A stretch of DNA of 63,717 nt, filler included, from Parasitella parasitica NRRL 2501 (Eukaryota > Fungi > Mucoromycota), in the NCBI GenBank assembly GCA_025201805.1. It is 7 parts of 7 records of this genome, joined end to end, with 100 filler letters (N's around TTAATTAATTAA, not from the genome) between each part and the next. Parts side by side here need not be neighbours in the genome. Positions count along the whole stretch, not along the records: positions 1 to 28,726 come from MU619271.1; 6 more parts are not named here. One strand, 5' to 3'. The notes below the pieces were generated by a model. It made no database searches. It was given only the letters and a program-made list of their open reading frames with translations, and was not told where the DNA came from. Position 1 is the stretch's first letter. Every line of letters begins with the position of its first letter. Both the position numbers and the translations under genes were made by a program. This document shows, in pieces, positions 1 to 13,982 of this stretch.

Positions 1-187
1 AGTAAATGTCACCCAAAAATTTATTAGCAAACTTCAAGGAAAATGAAATAATGAGCAAGATACCAGCAGAGAATAAAACGAATATATTTGACAATGTCAG
101 TCAAGGTAGCGGTACCTCTGATGTCAAATGAATTGAACAAGAAGATTAACTTTATCCAACTCATCGGCTAAATGCATTATTCTTTTA

Positions 188-2240
188 TCAATAATACAGA
201 GTATCATCAACATTTTTATTACTAGTTTTTGATGTCCATGAAAACCATCTCGACATTATGCCCTCTCTAAAAGTTTTTTGGGGCGTTTCTTTCTTCTCGT
301 GCTGGTCCGAGGACTCTATATCATTATATGAGTGATGGCCGGGATTATCATATTTTACTGATAGATCGACCACTGTTGTATTTAGGGAACTGCCAAGGAT
401 TTCATGATCTGGAGGTTGGATATAGTATATGAAATAAACTGTGATGAAGCAGAGTATGATAAAAATCCATCCTCCAATGATGATGTACATCACCGTTAAT
501 GGTCCCAAACTTTGAGCTGCATTGGTATCGCTTAGTATAGCGACAAGAGCAGATGTCCATAGAATGCAAGTGAAAGAAGCGGTTCTAAAGAAATTAATCT
601 TTTTTTTTTTGCTTAATTTAAGTAAAAGTATCGAATTACTGCGTAGTCATTGCCTACCTTATCAACATAGCATGGCCTAGTTTTAATATTGTAGCAGATC
701 ATTGTCAGAAGAATTGTAATGGACAGCACAGCACGCATGCGGTTCACGTTTGTGGTAGACTCAACCAAAAGGAATACGATGGCAAGCAAGAGACCTACGT
801 TGAGTGTGAGCAAGGTATCAAGCATCTGAAGTGTAATAAAACATACCCATATTTTTGATAAAAGCAACGCCGATCGACTTGTAAGCAATCTCGTTCTTTG
901 TTGGCACACGCTCGTAGCTGGTCAGAAATATAGTCATCAGGAAATAGGCTACAACGTATCCAAACAAGGACAACCAAAGATAGAGCTGGCGAGATATATT
1001 TGGCGCATTGCACCGCAATGTAACGCTAAAGTCGTTTGCTGGAATGTTGAGTGATTGACAAGCAGCTGAACTGACAAACGTTGTCAATATAGGAATATAC
1101 AGTAAAGTCTAAACCAGAACATGTTAATGGGACAAGCTACTGGAAAGCGCTTCAAACACTTACTGCTACTGGAATGCACCATCTAACCCACCTTGTAGGG
1201 AGCTTATAGGGATATTTGTAGTTGACCGCATGAATGATCAAACCCAACACCAAGCTAACACAGGTTGCAGCAAATGCAGTCCACAAAGAGTAGGTGTACC
1301 ATGTTGGGGTCCGCATGTCTGGCATCAACCCGCCTGCATTCAGCACAAAGGAAACTAGCTGAGACGTCTCTTTCTGGCCGGCTGTACCGGAGCCACTGTC
1401 GACTAGTGAAGTGACAGTAATCAGGTCTCTCAATGGAAATGTCATCAGTTGAAAGAACTCAATTATCAAAATAGTAATCTGCACCCAGTTAGACCACATA
1501 GATTTGTCCCAATTGGAAAAACTTGTGTCGTAGATGGCGTTAATATGAGCATCGTTTTCGCCAAACAGCTTCCTTCTCTCCATATAATAGCATCGTTGGC
1601 GGGTGATTAGATACAGATTGATGGACAGGACAGACACAAACAGGGCTGCCTGCAGTAGTAGCGTGGAAGAGCGGCTGTCAGCTGGAGAATTGACCGCACC
1701 GACCAGTATGGACAATGCAATGACAAAACTGACGATGAAAAACAAAGAAAATAAATGATACCATTTCGACCGATACACGCGTTGGTGTTCATGCAGTATT
1801 AAGGGTATTGTAGTAGCAGTCGAGGCGGTAGTGCCAGCTGTTGCGGCAGCATTAGCTGCTATACTGGGATGTATGCTGTCCAAGGCTGCGCCTGTGGCTG
1901 TTGATTCGATGATGGCTGCGGTTTTGCCTGTGTATTTCTTCCATAGTACTATCACCAATGTCAAGATGGGGATTTTAAATGTAGTTTTGATCTGACTCGA
2001 TATGTTGTCGACTAGAAGGTATATTTCTTGCTGCTGTCCAACTGCCTGGTCTCCTCGCTGGGTAATGGGTATTTTATGTCTTTCTGTGTACCAAAAATAC
2101 AAGACAAATGACAATAACAGCAATGCTATGATTGAAAAAAACAACACTATGGATACGGTGTCATTTGTCTGATAAGCTGATGACGATAACGTTGAATTAT
2201 ATTGCTGTTGATATGTCGCATAGCCTATAGTATCATTCAT
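188..2240 (-). CDS. Uncharacterised multi-pass membrane protein (4 exons)
   Basis: ORFs 1152-2240, 818-1087, 613-909 and 188-508 join through GT-AG introns at about 1163-1109, 846-795 and 657-599. The product has many hydrophobic helices. Confidence 0.75.
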
Positions 2241-3259
2241 ATGTGGATAAAATTGCCGGTGAAAAAAAATAAAGAGAGAGCATTAGCATTGAAATTTATA
2301 ATGAATACAGTTCAAATGTTTACATTTAATTTGCCATTAAAGGAAATATGTTTTTTTTTTTTTTTTTTTCATGGCTTTATTTCGGTTGACATATACGGTA
2401 CCTTGGAACTCTGGTAGTAACTGTGGAAGTTGCTTGTCCTCTAAACTGAAGCTCAAGAAGAAAATTAGTCTTGAGGTAAGCAGCATGATTGTTGGTGCGT
2501 TCACAGAGATGTCAGTTTGGCGCCTCCTTATTTGATAAGATGATCTTTTTTTTTTTTTTTTTTTTCTGAAGCAGATCATCGACATCTATGTTTGTATCTA
2601 ATTTTACAAGTACAAGATCTTGTGTATTTGCTTAGCACATTAAGATCCATTCGTTATGTACCTAAAGCGTGAATTTTAGTCACTAATTGTATAATTAACA
2701 AGACATAAGCATGCACATTCAGAAAGTAAGCTATTTTGTATCTAATAAAAGGATAGGCACCTGCAATGTGTGAAGAGGAAGCATATAAACCTCAATGATG
2801 TCAACTACTAGTAGCAATGTCAATTATAAATACTAGCTTTGGTTTTTTCATAAGATCTCTTTAAAGAATGAACAAAAATATTTATAAGAAACTAGGAAAA
2901 AGTACTGACACTGAGCAATCCACATTTCGAATTTGGGCAAATGAAATATCAGCGTAATTCCACCATGCTACGCAAGTAAAAAACAACTTTTAGAGTATAA
3001 ATACATTTTGCAAAATCAGCAATTAACCTAAAGACAACGGGAACTGAAGCCTAGTCATTGTGGATACATATATTCTGTGTTTAATGCTGGATAGGATTGG
3101 CTTGAAGAATTGTCCAATTTCACAGAGGACACGCTGCCGTTGTGACACGCCCAAGTGCGTGTGTGAGCCATCACTGGGAATAACCCGCGTTCACAAAGGA
3201 TAGGGACTCTTTTTATTTTCTTTTTAACTTTTCTCATACACCCAGTTGAATCAAGTGCA

Positions 3260-6083
3260 ATGCAAAGAGGACCACTTTCCAGCAGCAATTCAAGAAGCCA
3301 AACACATGGTCGAGCTTCAAAAAGAAGCTTATCGTCCACCCATTCAGGCTCGACTAGTAATAATAATAGCAGCAGCAGCAACAACAACAGCAACAACAAC
3401 AGCACAGGCACAACTTTATCAGTCCAGCCATCAGTGCCAACTCTCACTCCTGCTCAAATGTATTCAAACTTTGAGGAATGGATCAAAATCTGCACAGACA
3501 ATGTAAGTCCCTTATACGGATGCTGTTGATTTTATATGTTTAAAACGTGCATGAACAGAAAGTAAATGTCTCCAACACTTGGAACTTTGCCTTGATCGAC
3601 TACTTTCATGAAATGACCTTTATCCGTGAGGGGGATTCCATCAACTTTCAAAAAGCCTCCTGTACACTCGATGGCTGTGTCAAGATCTACACCTCTCGTG
3701 TAGATTCTGTTGCTAATGAGACTGGGAAGCTGCTTAGCGGTTTGGCTGATAGCACTCGTATTGTCTCACATTCATTTTAAAGAAAACAACTAGATCACAA
3801 AACTAACATGATTCAACTAGATACGGATGGCGGCGATGACGAAAACAGGCAGGAAAGAAGAGTTCGCAGGAAGGTACAGCTGACGTTGAGAATGTCCAGT
3901 TCACTCGGTACTCAATATATATTACCTTTGCTAGACCATGCGCTCAGATACAACACTATTAAAGGATTTTTCGGCACTTGCTATCAAAAAATTTGATTTG
4001 GATTTCTCTGTTGATCCTCTATTCAAAAAGACATCTGCTGATTTTGATGAAGGCGGTGCGAGAGGGTTGCTGCTAAATCATTTGAGCCTGGACCAAAATT
4101 GCAAAATCATCTTTGATGCTTCTGATGCGACTGTAGAATGCGATGTAGAAGATGCCAATAACGAACAAATAATCATGTCGATTGAGCACATCGAGTCGGA
4201 CGAGCCTGTTGACCCCGATGATGACATGGAAGACGAGCAAGTCAACTGTTCAGAAGATGATGACGAAGATGCGCAAGCTAAGGCAGATTCAGCTGAACAA
4301 GGGCAAGCAAATACACCCACCAGAGAGGAGTTGGACACAATAAAAGAAGATGGGTCGAATACAGCGGATGGAGATAAATCAACAGCAGAAACCATGAACA
4401 CAGAAGATTCTGCGACAGTACAAGAGTCGCCCTCTGTATTAGTTGAAGGAGAAACTGTCAAAGAAAACTCACCGGTTGCACAGGTTAGCGAAGAATCCCG
4501 CGTGGAAATTTATCGGTTGAAAGGTAGACAAAAGAGCATTATTGATAATGATGAGATACTTATGTCATTGCATGCGACAGCAAAATTACCAAGTTTCGAT
4601 GATCTGCCTGGCTTTCATATTGTACCATTTTTGAACGGATTTGATTTCTTTTCAGATGATACAACTTTGGCTATACCAGACTTGGATAACGAAGACGATG
4701 TTGAAGAAGCAATGATGGATATTGCCAGAGAGATGAGTGTAGCTCCAGACGCATTTCAATATGATGACTATGAGATTGATTACGGTATGGATGATGTGGA
4801 TCCGTTTGCTGATCCAATGGATGAGCAACACTACCCTGAAAACGAAGCCGCAACTCCACACGAAATCGAACATGATTCACTAAAGTATCCCGAAAACGAC
4901 TTTTTATCGGCATTAATTCACAACGGAGATCAAGAGATGCTTAATTACTTTGATACGACACTTGTGAAAAATTGGGCGGGCCCTGAGCATTGGAAACTGA
5001 GAAGAACTGTCGAGAAAAAGCCTGCGCCTACAGCTGTTTCCAATGATGCGGATCGAAATGATAAAACCAAAAAATCAGCCGCCAAGAAACCAGTATCAGA
5101 GTTTGTCCTTCCGTTCGATGAAATTTTGAAAAACTACGATGACATTGACGACGATAAAGTTTTTGAACAAGCAGTTCGAAAACCAGCATTGGGCAGGGAC
5201 GCTTTAAACAAGATGCCCGACAACATTTTGCCTGACGATATCCACTTTTCCTCTAAACTGTTATTGCGATACTCACTGAAGCCAATCTTCCCTGTAAGTT
5301 GCCATAGTCATTTGATTTTGAAGACAAGACCCTAAGATTAAATGTGCAATTTTTCTTCTTTTAGATGGGACCACGAAAAATGAAATCAAAGCAGCAAACA
5401 GCCACAATTTCAAATGGAGCGCCACAAGACAATGGCGGCATTCCTGATGCTGATTTCTGGGCAGGACAAAATCAAGGGTTTGATGATGAAATGTTTGATT
5501 ACGGCATGGACTATGGGGACGATATGGATATGCCAACGGATACATACGACGCAAATGACCAAAGTAAGTTGTTCAACGACCAAACTGAATACAATCTAAA
5601 CGGTAAGACACAGCCATTTTAACAGCATTCGAAGATACTACATTCTACAATGATGACAACGATGATAATGAACACTCCACTTTATATGGCGACGAGTTAA
5701 TTACAAACCACCACTTGAAAAAGACCAAGCCATTATATGTCAACTATGCAAGAACAGCCAAAAGAGTCGATGTCAAAAAACTCAAGGACAATTTATGGAA
5801 AGTGCTGACAAACAACGAGCTGCATGAAGAAAAAGTGCATGGACAACTCAAATTTACAGACATTGTTCACGATTTGAAGAAACTGTACTCTCCAAAAACT
5901 ATGCGAGATATTTCTGTGCCGTTTTGCTTTATTTGCTTGCTTCATTTGGCTAACGAAAAGGATTTGTCTATTTCTGGCATGGGCGCACAATATCAAGACG
6001 ATGATGATTTTGTACTGGGTGACGATAACAACTGGATGAGCAATGAGACAATACTGAATGAAGTTACAATCGTCCAAAACTAA
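3260..6083 (+). CDS. BRN1: Condensin complex subunit 2 (kleisin, Barren/CAP-H), multi-exon
   Basis: Motifs FEEWIK..TDNK..NTWNFALIDYF, NFQKASCTLDGCVKIYTSRVDSV, DPLFKKTSADFDEGGARGLLLNHL, WAGPEHWK, YARTAKRVDVKKLK and FICLLHLANE are characteristic of Cnd2/Brn1. Confidence 0.96.
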
Positions 6084-6435
6084 AAATAAACCTTTATACC
6101 AATGATTGACATGATAAAAAAATAAAATACAATGCTTAAACCATGCTATTGATGGAAAATAATACTACACTCTCAAATTTTATTAAAGAGGTTTTGTTAC
6201 GAAAGGTCACGATAAAGGAGATACGTCCGTACCAAGACATGGAAGTACCAGTTTTGAAAGTACTGCGACAAAACAAAAGACATAAAAATGCAGGGAGATG
6301 TTAATCCTACCATGAAATAAGCTCTGGAATTTGCGAATAAGGTACGTACGATGAGTGCCCTTATAAACATAGACATTGTCTCATGAGCAACTAACCACAT
6401 AAAAATCGGGTTCTTTTCTTTTATAATTTTTCAAA

Positions 6436-7059
6436 ATGTCGACTCTTAATAAGATTTCATCTATCCATATGATACCAGCAGAGATTTGGATAAATGCGTT
6501 TCAAAATAGTAATGCGAACGCAAACTTATTTATAAAGGATCAAACTTTTCAGCTGAGCAAGACATGCTCAGAAAACTTTTAAGGATGTCAGCCAAACAAT
6601 TGAAAAGATTACAGAAGCTTTTAAGGATCCACCGAGTAGAGCAAGCTTGATCAAGGAATTATCGATTTACTTACATCACGAAGTTAGCCCTTACTTCAAA
6701 ATTGGAGGCGCTCACAAGACACTACTTTGATAAGGCGCTAATCCGAAAAGATTCAAAACAATGACCTCAAATTCAACTTGAAACGCATTCCTATTCCTGA
6801 TGAGTCTTGCTCCCTATACTATTATGAACATGCAGTAATTTATTCCTGAGAATCATTCAAATGCCAACTTTATTTAACGTTTTGGTGGATTCAAGACATT
6901 GGAAATAATCATTGCCCATGGGTACCTGACCGATTCTTGACTTTAAAATTTGCAGATTTTACGATAGTTGAGGGCGCGAACTGCGATATAGAAAATTGTT
7001 TTATTAGAAGCCGATGTGTTTGGTGATTATCCCTCATTGCCTTGAATACTTGTTGAAGA

Positions 7060-7117
<58 letters not shown>

Positions 7118-7335
7118 AGAAGGCCAATATTTCGATGAATTACGTCGATGATAATAATCGACTGAAGAGAAATATTCCAGAATGTAAATTCAGTTTTTAT
7201 GAAGAATACGAAGAATATGGCAAAGAGCTCGAAAATAAGCTTCTTGGGCATATCCGTTTAGACGAGCACTCTGTCGTGAAGTCTGTCAATACTCTGGGCT
7301 TTACTAACACCATTAAAGTCACCAGGAGATTGTGA
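6436..7335 (+). pseudogene. Possible decayed F-box-like gene
   Basis: ATG near 6436 reads MSTLNKISSIHMIPAEIWINAFQN (F-box-like P-x-E-I-W). It is followed by stops and frameshifts, a ~52-nt A run at 7062-7114 and a residual ORF at 7135-7335. Confidence 0.25.
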
Positions 7336-8113
7336 AAGCTCAACTAGTTCTTTATAGAGTGGCTGTAAACCAAGGTTTATTATGCAAATTATTCTGTCAC
7401 GACATTTATACTTGTGCTCTTCCAAATATGAACACAGTTATGATACAGTACATCGAATTTGCTTATGGTTAAGGCCAACGGCTATCCAAAATGACCATAA
7501 ACGAAACACTGGTATTTGTGCCGTGGAACAAACGGTTGAAAATACACAGCAAATAACTATATTCACAGAGCTTGAAACGGAGACTTCAATGTCATTATAC
7601 GTAAGCTGCTATCAAGTCCAGGCATAGGTAATAAAGCCAGGCATCATGTTTGCTAAAACAATAGCTGTTATTTGCCATTATGGCTTCGAGCAAGACACAT
7701 CAGAATATTACAAAATGTCACCAAAAAGTAAAACAAAGTTTTACTTTGCTAAAATACCTTGTATTTGTAAAGCAAAGCAAGATCTTGATTGCCATGCAAC
7801 CTAAAATGACGCCTTTTCTGATAGCTCCACTATATTTTTTGTTGTGTTTCATGAGAGCATGATGTGATATGAAGAATAATCACAAAACTGGATGAAAACC
7901 CATTCAATAGGTCGATCCCAAAGAATGGTTACATACTGCATCGCAACAAATCGCAAGGATTGCGCCATAAAATAACCTTTGTTTGATCTAGAGTTACACA
8001 TAATAACAAACTGTCTCTGTACCACTGGGATTTTTTTTTTTTTTTATTCATATGCATGTGGAAACAATAGCAATATACTATATAGATTTAACAATACGGG
8101 CAAGGAAAAGGTG

Positions 8114-9403
8114 CTACTTTAGACTAGCCATTTGCCTCTTGATCCTAAACTTGTCACAGATGGGCAGATAGGTTCTGCATGGCTTATCAAGTCGAGGATA
8201 TTGCACGACCACATAAAACAAAATAAACATGCAAAACTGCTTTTGCAGCCACCTCAGAGGACAACGATCTTGCATGTAGGCCTTCATTTGTGCCAAGTCT
8301 AATGCCTGAGCTGGTGCGGCCACAGTCTGTGCTTCCTGAGATGCTTGGACTTGAGCTTGTTTGTCTGGTTTAGCGTTGATGATGGTCTGCCACAAGGCAC
8401 TGTCTGATAGCGCAGCAACGAACTTATCCTCGCTGCGTGGTTGAAATGATACGGCGGCGTGTGAAGGCGAGGTGGGATCCGCAAATTTGGAGTTTGCAAT
8501 GATATCGTCTGTAGTCATTGTCATTGTGTGTTGTATTACAATTGACATGAGAGCAGGAGCTAACAACGGATACTGGCGAATCAAGTCTATAGTGGGCGTC
8601 GCTTCTTTGTGGAATAAACGAGACAAATCCCAACTCGGGACAATAGCCTGAGCCAAATAGATACTAGTATTTGTCGTATTACTGTTATTACTGTTATTAC
8701 TGTTATTGCTGTTATTGCTGTTCATTAATGCTGATGCTATCGAAGACGATGACGGGTATGACGTTGATGATGATGAGAAAATGTTTGGTGTAATAGAAGT
8801 AGTAGCTATGGTTGACGCTGCCGCCGCCGGAAACGAGGGAGGACATGCGATATGCCAATCCAATGGATGAGACGTTGTGGGTGGCGAAATAGCTGGCTGC
8901 TGGATGCCACCTTTGCAAAGTGCAAGTTCAAGTCGAAGCTGGTCGTTCTCAGCCTGGAGCTTGTCCATCATGCCTCTTACCCATTTGACTTCGAGCTTAA
9001 GCTGACTGTTTTCAGCTTGACATTTCTCCAGCTTTTCCTCCAATGTGGCCATATATTCTTTACGTCTATTTCTGAAATTCCTTGCAGATATCTTGTTCCT
9101 CAGCTGCCTGCGCTCTTTTGAAGGCAGCAGCTTCAGCTGATCCTCAGTGGGGTCATCGTTATCATCTTCTTCAGAAGGGGAGCTATGTCCGTTTTTTTCC
9201 TTGCCAGGCTGTTGCAGGTGGTCGTGAGGAGTAGCGCTGCTGTTGGGTAGAATGGGTGTAAATGTGGTGCTTGGCGGTTTTTGATCATTCAACAGGTAGC
9301 TCAAGAGCTCATTTGAAACTGGAGATTGGTTTGCTTCTGCAGTTGTATCACTATTTAATATCCAATCCAAGATAGGATCCAGGTTTTTGTTGTTGTTATC
9401 CAT
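8114..9403 (-). CDS. bZIP transcription factor
   Basis: Single 429-aa ORF with basic region SKERRQLRNKISARNFRNRRKEY and a leucine heptad (LEEKLEKCQAENSQLKLEV..L..L). Confidence 0.92.
   Translation of the reverse strand: MDNNNKNLDPILDWILNSDTTAEANQSPVSNELLSYLLNDQKPPSTTFTPILPNSSATPHDHLQQPGKEKNGHSSPSEEDDNDDPTEDQLKLLPSKERRQLRNKISARNFRNRRKEYMATLEEKLEKCQAENSQLKLEVKWVRGMMDKLQAENDQLRLELALCKGGIQQPAISPPTTSHPLDWHIACPPSFPAAAASTIATTSITPNIFSSSSTSYPSSSSIASALMNSNNSNNSNNSNNSNTTNTSIYLAQAIVPSWDLSRLFHKEATPTIDLIRQYPLLAPALMSIVIQHTMTMTTDDIIANSKFADPTSPSHAAVSFQPRSEDKFVAALSDSALWQTIINAKPDKQAQVQASQEAQTVAAPAQALDLAQMKAYMQDRCPLRWLQKQFCMFILFYVVVQYPRLDKPCRTYLPICDKFRIKRQMASLK
8676..8722. repeat. Coding 9-bp microsatellite encoding (NNS)n in the bZIP protein
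   Basis: Repeats of tattactgt/tgttattgc match NSNNSNNSNNSNNSN in the ORF. Confidence 0.8.
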
Positions 9404-9926
9404 TTTTTTCTTTACAGATGAAAAAAAACAACCAAATTAACAGAGAGAGGGGGGTTGTAAACGGTCTGCGTGTGAATGACTACATTGAAATGAGAGCGTT
9501 TTGAGCCAATAAGAGGAGCTAATTGACATGAAGTTTGGAACATGCACAATCACCTAAGGTAACTCTATTGACATGCTGGATTCAATTGGTCTCGACAAAT
9601 ACGACTAATTGAAATTCGAGGGATGGAGAGACTGACCAAATTGGGAATACCGGCCAAAGAAAAGATATTTTATATACCAGCTTTGTCCTGCCAGGTAAAA
9701 TGTATAAAGATACTTTAATATATCTGTGCTGCAATACGATACACAAATCAAGAAAAAAAACTTTAAGTTTACAAAATAAAAAAAAGATGTGATCACTGAA
9801 AGGGATTGCGCAATAAACGTCGCACTAGAATTAATGCATATTACCACAATATAAATATGGAAGGCAAGACCAGAGATCTTTTATTTTTTTTATTATTATT
9901 TTTTTCCAGCCTACACATCTCAGAAA

Positions 9927-12324
9927 ATGTCTGATCCAGGTCATACTACTGCTGCACGTTCGTCGCAGCATGCAGCAGACATTATCATTGATTACGAACA
10001 AGATGATTATAGAAAGCAGAGCCAGGAATTCTTTCAAAACTTACCTCATTACATTCAAGAGTACTTTATTGGCCTATTCCCAATTGCTTCCTGGATTCAT
10101 CGCTACAATCTTCAATGGCTTATTCGTGATCTGATCGCTGGTGCCACGGTGGGTGTTGTGATTGTTCCTCAGTCCATGGGCTATGCAAAGATCGCCCAGC
10201 TTCCCGCCCAATATGGTCTATATACCGCCTTTGTTGGGTTGTGCGTTTATTGCTTATTTGCCACATCTAAAGACATTAGCATTGGCCCTACAGGTAAGAA
10301 ATAAAATAAAAAATGATTATTGTGTACCCTGACTAACCTGCAATATCCTAGCTGTCATGTCTTTGCTTGTGGGTCAAACTGTTACCAAAATCACTGCTGA
10401 ATATGACACAATTACCGGGCCCCAGATTGCTGTTGCCCTCTCCTTGTTGACAGGTGCTATTGCCATGTTCATAGGCCTCGTTCGCCTGGGCATTCTAGTT
10501 GATTTCATTCCCGGCCCTGCCATTGCTGGTTTTATGACAGGCTCTGCTATCACCATTTCGATCGGCCAATGGCCCAAGCTTTTCGGAATCAAAGGTATCA
10601 ATACCCAAGATTCGTCCTACCTCATCTTTGGCAACTTCTTCAAAAACTTGCCCAACACCAAATTAGATGTCGCCTTTGGTCTTAGTGGTCTGGTATGGCT
10701 GTACGGTGTTCGCTACGGCTGTACCTGGTTAGGGAAGCGCTATCCCAAATATGCCAATCACTTTTTCTTCCTCAGTATCATGCGTAATGGCGTGCTTGTC
10801 ATCTTTGGCACTTTGATTGCCTTCTTGATCAATATCGGTAAATCCACAAGCCCTATTAGTATTCTCAAGACTGTGCCTGCTGGTTTCCAAGCTATGGGCG
10901 TCCCTCATGTTTCCACTGATCTCATTTCTGCAGTCGCCAGCTCTTTGCCGTCTGGCGTCATTATTCTCGTTCTTGAGCATGTTGCTATTGCTAAATCCTT
11001 TGGCCGCATTAACGATTACTCCATTGATCCTAACCAAGAAATCATTGCTATTGGGTTTACAAATATCTGGGCTTCCTTCTTTGGCGCTTATCCCTCCACT
11101 GGCTCCTTTTCTCGCACTGCTATCAAAGCTAGATCTGGCGTAAAGACACCTATTGCTGGTATATTCTCTGGTTTGGTTGTTATCCTCGCCCTGTATGCGC
11201 TTACGCCTGCCTTTTACTTTATTCCTGATGCTACTTTGGCTGCGGTAGTGATCCATGCTGTGTCTGATCTTGTCTCTGGTCCTGCGTATGTCAAGCGTCT
11301 AGCAAAGGTCTCTCTTTGGGAGCTTTTCGTATTTGTTGCTGGTGTCATTATCACATTCTTTACGACTGTAGAATATGGAATCTACGCATCGGTTGGTCTC
11401 TCCATTGTCATTCTTCTATTCCGCATTGCTCGTCCCCGTTTCTGGAGTCTTGGTCGCATTCCTCTGTCCTCGACAACATCTGCCCCTATTTGCGATGGCA
11501 AAGACTCTCACAGCGAGCAGCAATACTTGTACGTTCCTCAAAACCATCCTACGCTTGGTAAGCTTGTGGAAGACCTCCCTCCCGGCATCCTCATGTGCAG
11601 GATTGATGAATCATTTACATACCCCAATTCTGGCTTTATCTCTGACAGAATCATTGCCCACTGCAAAAAACATACCCGCCGTCATCAGCAGTTTGTCTCC
11701 AAGGGTGATCGTGCATGGAATGACGATGCCAATCCTATTCGCGATGCGGAGCGTGCTTCGCTGCCTCGTTTGCATGCTTTGATCATCGATTTTGCTTCTG
11801 TCAATCGCCTGGATTCCAGTGGTTTGCAAGCTATTGTCGACGCACAGAACGCGCTCAATCGCTACGCTGGCCAGCACGTTGAGTTCCACTTTTCCAACAT
11901 CTTGCACCCTGCAATCCGCCGTTCCCTGATTGTCTCTGGTTTTGCTAACCAACCACGCTCTGGCTTTGAAGATGAGCAAGGTGAAAGTCAAGTGAAAGAG
12001 GTCTTGCCTATTGTGCCCGTGTCTAAAGACGGCCCTCTGCAGCGCCAGATTACGGTTGCCACCGAAGCTCCTCTCCAAGAAGATATTGAACAAGCCATCG
12101 AGACTTATGATGCGTATGACAAAAAGCTTGATTTCGACATTGGTTCTGATGAAGAAAGCGTCAAAACTGCTCATTCAATTCCATTGCCCCGTGATCGCTA
12201 TCCCTTCTTCCACTGGAGTGCGGATGAGGCTGTAAGGACTGCTTCAAAAACCTTGGTCTATCGTCCTAGCGGAGATTCTGAGCCGCAAGCTCCTTCTGCT
12301 GGCGTTGCGGAAGCGCATCATTAA
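9927..12324 (+). CDS. SulP/SLC26 sulfate (anion) permease with STAS domain, 2 exons
   Basis: Motifs DLIAGATVGVVIVPQSMGYA, YGLYTAFVG, SKDISIGP, STGSFSRTAIKARSGVKTP and the STAS motif IIDFASVNRLDSSG. Intron at about 10294-10351. Confidence 0.96.
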
Positions 12325-12500
12325 GAAACAAACAATGCCACAACTTTTATATATTCTACTCTACCTTTTACACATGTATATCATTTTCAATAATTACCAC
12401 GTGCAGCACTACAAAAAAAAAAACACACACACAGACACACACTTTAATATATTTTGCATTACTCTACTCGATCTAATAAAACTAGTTTGCATACTTGCTC

Positions 12501-13132
12501 TCATTGAAACATTCTAGTTGGTACACTGCATTTTACAATTGGGCCGTAAACAGACAGCCACACCTTGATGTAGTCCGGTTGATCGAAAGCCATTGTTTCC
12601 ATCAAGCTGCGCGTATCGCAGGGATGGACATACCAATATGGCACACCCAGGATGGGATGGTCGTTTTGAGTTATAACAGCGTCTTGGTAGAGATTGGGAA
12701 CGACATATTGGAATATTTCCTGGTAAGACAATGGGGAGCCGTCCGAAAAGGACGCTGTAAAATAAATGACAGGCACTTGGTAACTAGAGGAGTAGACGAC
12801 ATGATGTTCAAGCTGGACAATCTCGGCAGACTCCTGTGCGATGCAGCCTTCGTCGTCATCTTCAACCGCACCCATAATGGAGATGTTGTCAATATCTACA
12901 TTGGCCGGTCGCTGTGGTACGGGTAGGCATATTCTGCGTCTTGAAAACGACTGCTTCAACTGCATGAAACAGTGAATATCACGATTCATTGCACACTGTT
13001 GGGCATCACACTTACAATAGTCTGTGTTGTTTCAATCTCCCACTTTGCTGCCCCCTTCGAGCACGAGTTGATTTCATTGCAAAATTTATTCAAACAAGAT
13101 TCAAATTCAAGGCGGCTGGATATGATGGACAT
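12501..13132 (-). CDS. ATG10: Ubiquitin-like conjugating enzyme Atg10 (2 exons)
   Basis: HVVYSSSYQVPVIYF and DHPILGVPYWYVHPCDT (catalytic HPC). Exon 1 (MSIISSRLEFESCL...) is spliced via GTAAGT...ATGCAG. Confidence 0.9.
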
Positions 13133-13209
13133 TATTTTTAAAAAATAGATAAATAAAAGAAGAAGGGGGAGGGGAATAAATAGTTTTGTTCAATAACCGT
13201 AAAAAGGAG

Positions 13210-13982
13210 CTACAGGCTTAACGGCAGCGACGATATTTTGGCATCGAATTCGTCGTTTAGAGAGTATTCAACATCCACAAGCCAAGCCCGCAGCCAGGCC
13301 TCGACTGCCTTTGACTCGTTGGATTCGTGGCGAACTGTTTGCGCCCACTGTTGATCCACAAGTAGTTTCCAGATCTTTAGCACTGTACTAGTGGCCTTGC
13401 TTTTCTGGTTTTGGTAGTATACTTTTCGAATGATTCTACGAGACAAATCCTCGGGGTTCAGTATCAAGCCTAGTTGATGGCTTATACGCTGGTTGTATTC
13501 AATAATACCACCATCATAGCTTTCTAAAAGTGGCCGAATCGATGCAATCAAGCTGTCTTTGATGTGATGGCTCAGTTCTTCTTGCAAAGCAGCCATGAAG
13601 CTCTTTAGTGTTATACGGCAGTAATCTAGTCACTAGTTAGACTCCCGCTTGTTATACATATACATGCCTATAAAGTAATTGTACCTCTGCCGGCAAATTG
13701 CAATTCATGAATAGTCAGATAAGTTTCTGGTGCTGTTTCCATAATCTCGGAAACTGTATCATCGATCACCTGGTTGACTATCTTTCTATAGTAGGATTCT
13801 AATGCATTGATGTTGTTGTAAGTGTTTATATACGATGAGGGAATTTTCTTTGCAGAGGGCGTGCGATGGTGATAATCTAAACCGAAATACTGTTGTCCCT
13901 GCTGCTGCTGCTGCTGCTGAACCGGTATAGCAAGAATACAGCTTGTCAGTGCAAAGACGGCATAAATCGAGAAAAAAAGCAT
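13210..13982 (-). CDS. Uncharacterised secreted protein (signal peptide, poly-Q), 2 exons
   Basis: Signal-like N-terminus MLFFSIYAVFALTSCILA followed by poly-Q. ORFs 13668-13982 and 13210-13596 are separated by an intron-sized gap. Confidence 0.7.

Noticed and set aside
6909-7251. Poly-Phe/poly-Lys ORFs (also at 2337, 44561, 53620, 55610, 56195)
   Set aside because: Translations of homopolymer tracts in introns or intergenic DNA.
10374-12235. Antisense and alternate-frame ORFs over SulP (similarly over BRN1, GLY1 and the chitin synthase)
   Set aside because: Shadow ORFs of real coding sequence with no independent motifs.
8114-12324. Divergent bZIP plus sulfate permease as a MetR/Cys-3 sulfur regulon cluster
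   Set aside because: The basic region (RQLRNKISARNFR) does not match the MetR/Cys-3 type (RRNTAASARFR), so adjacency alone is not evidence.
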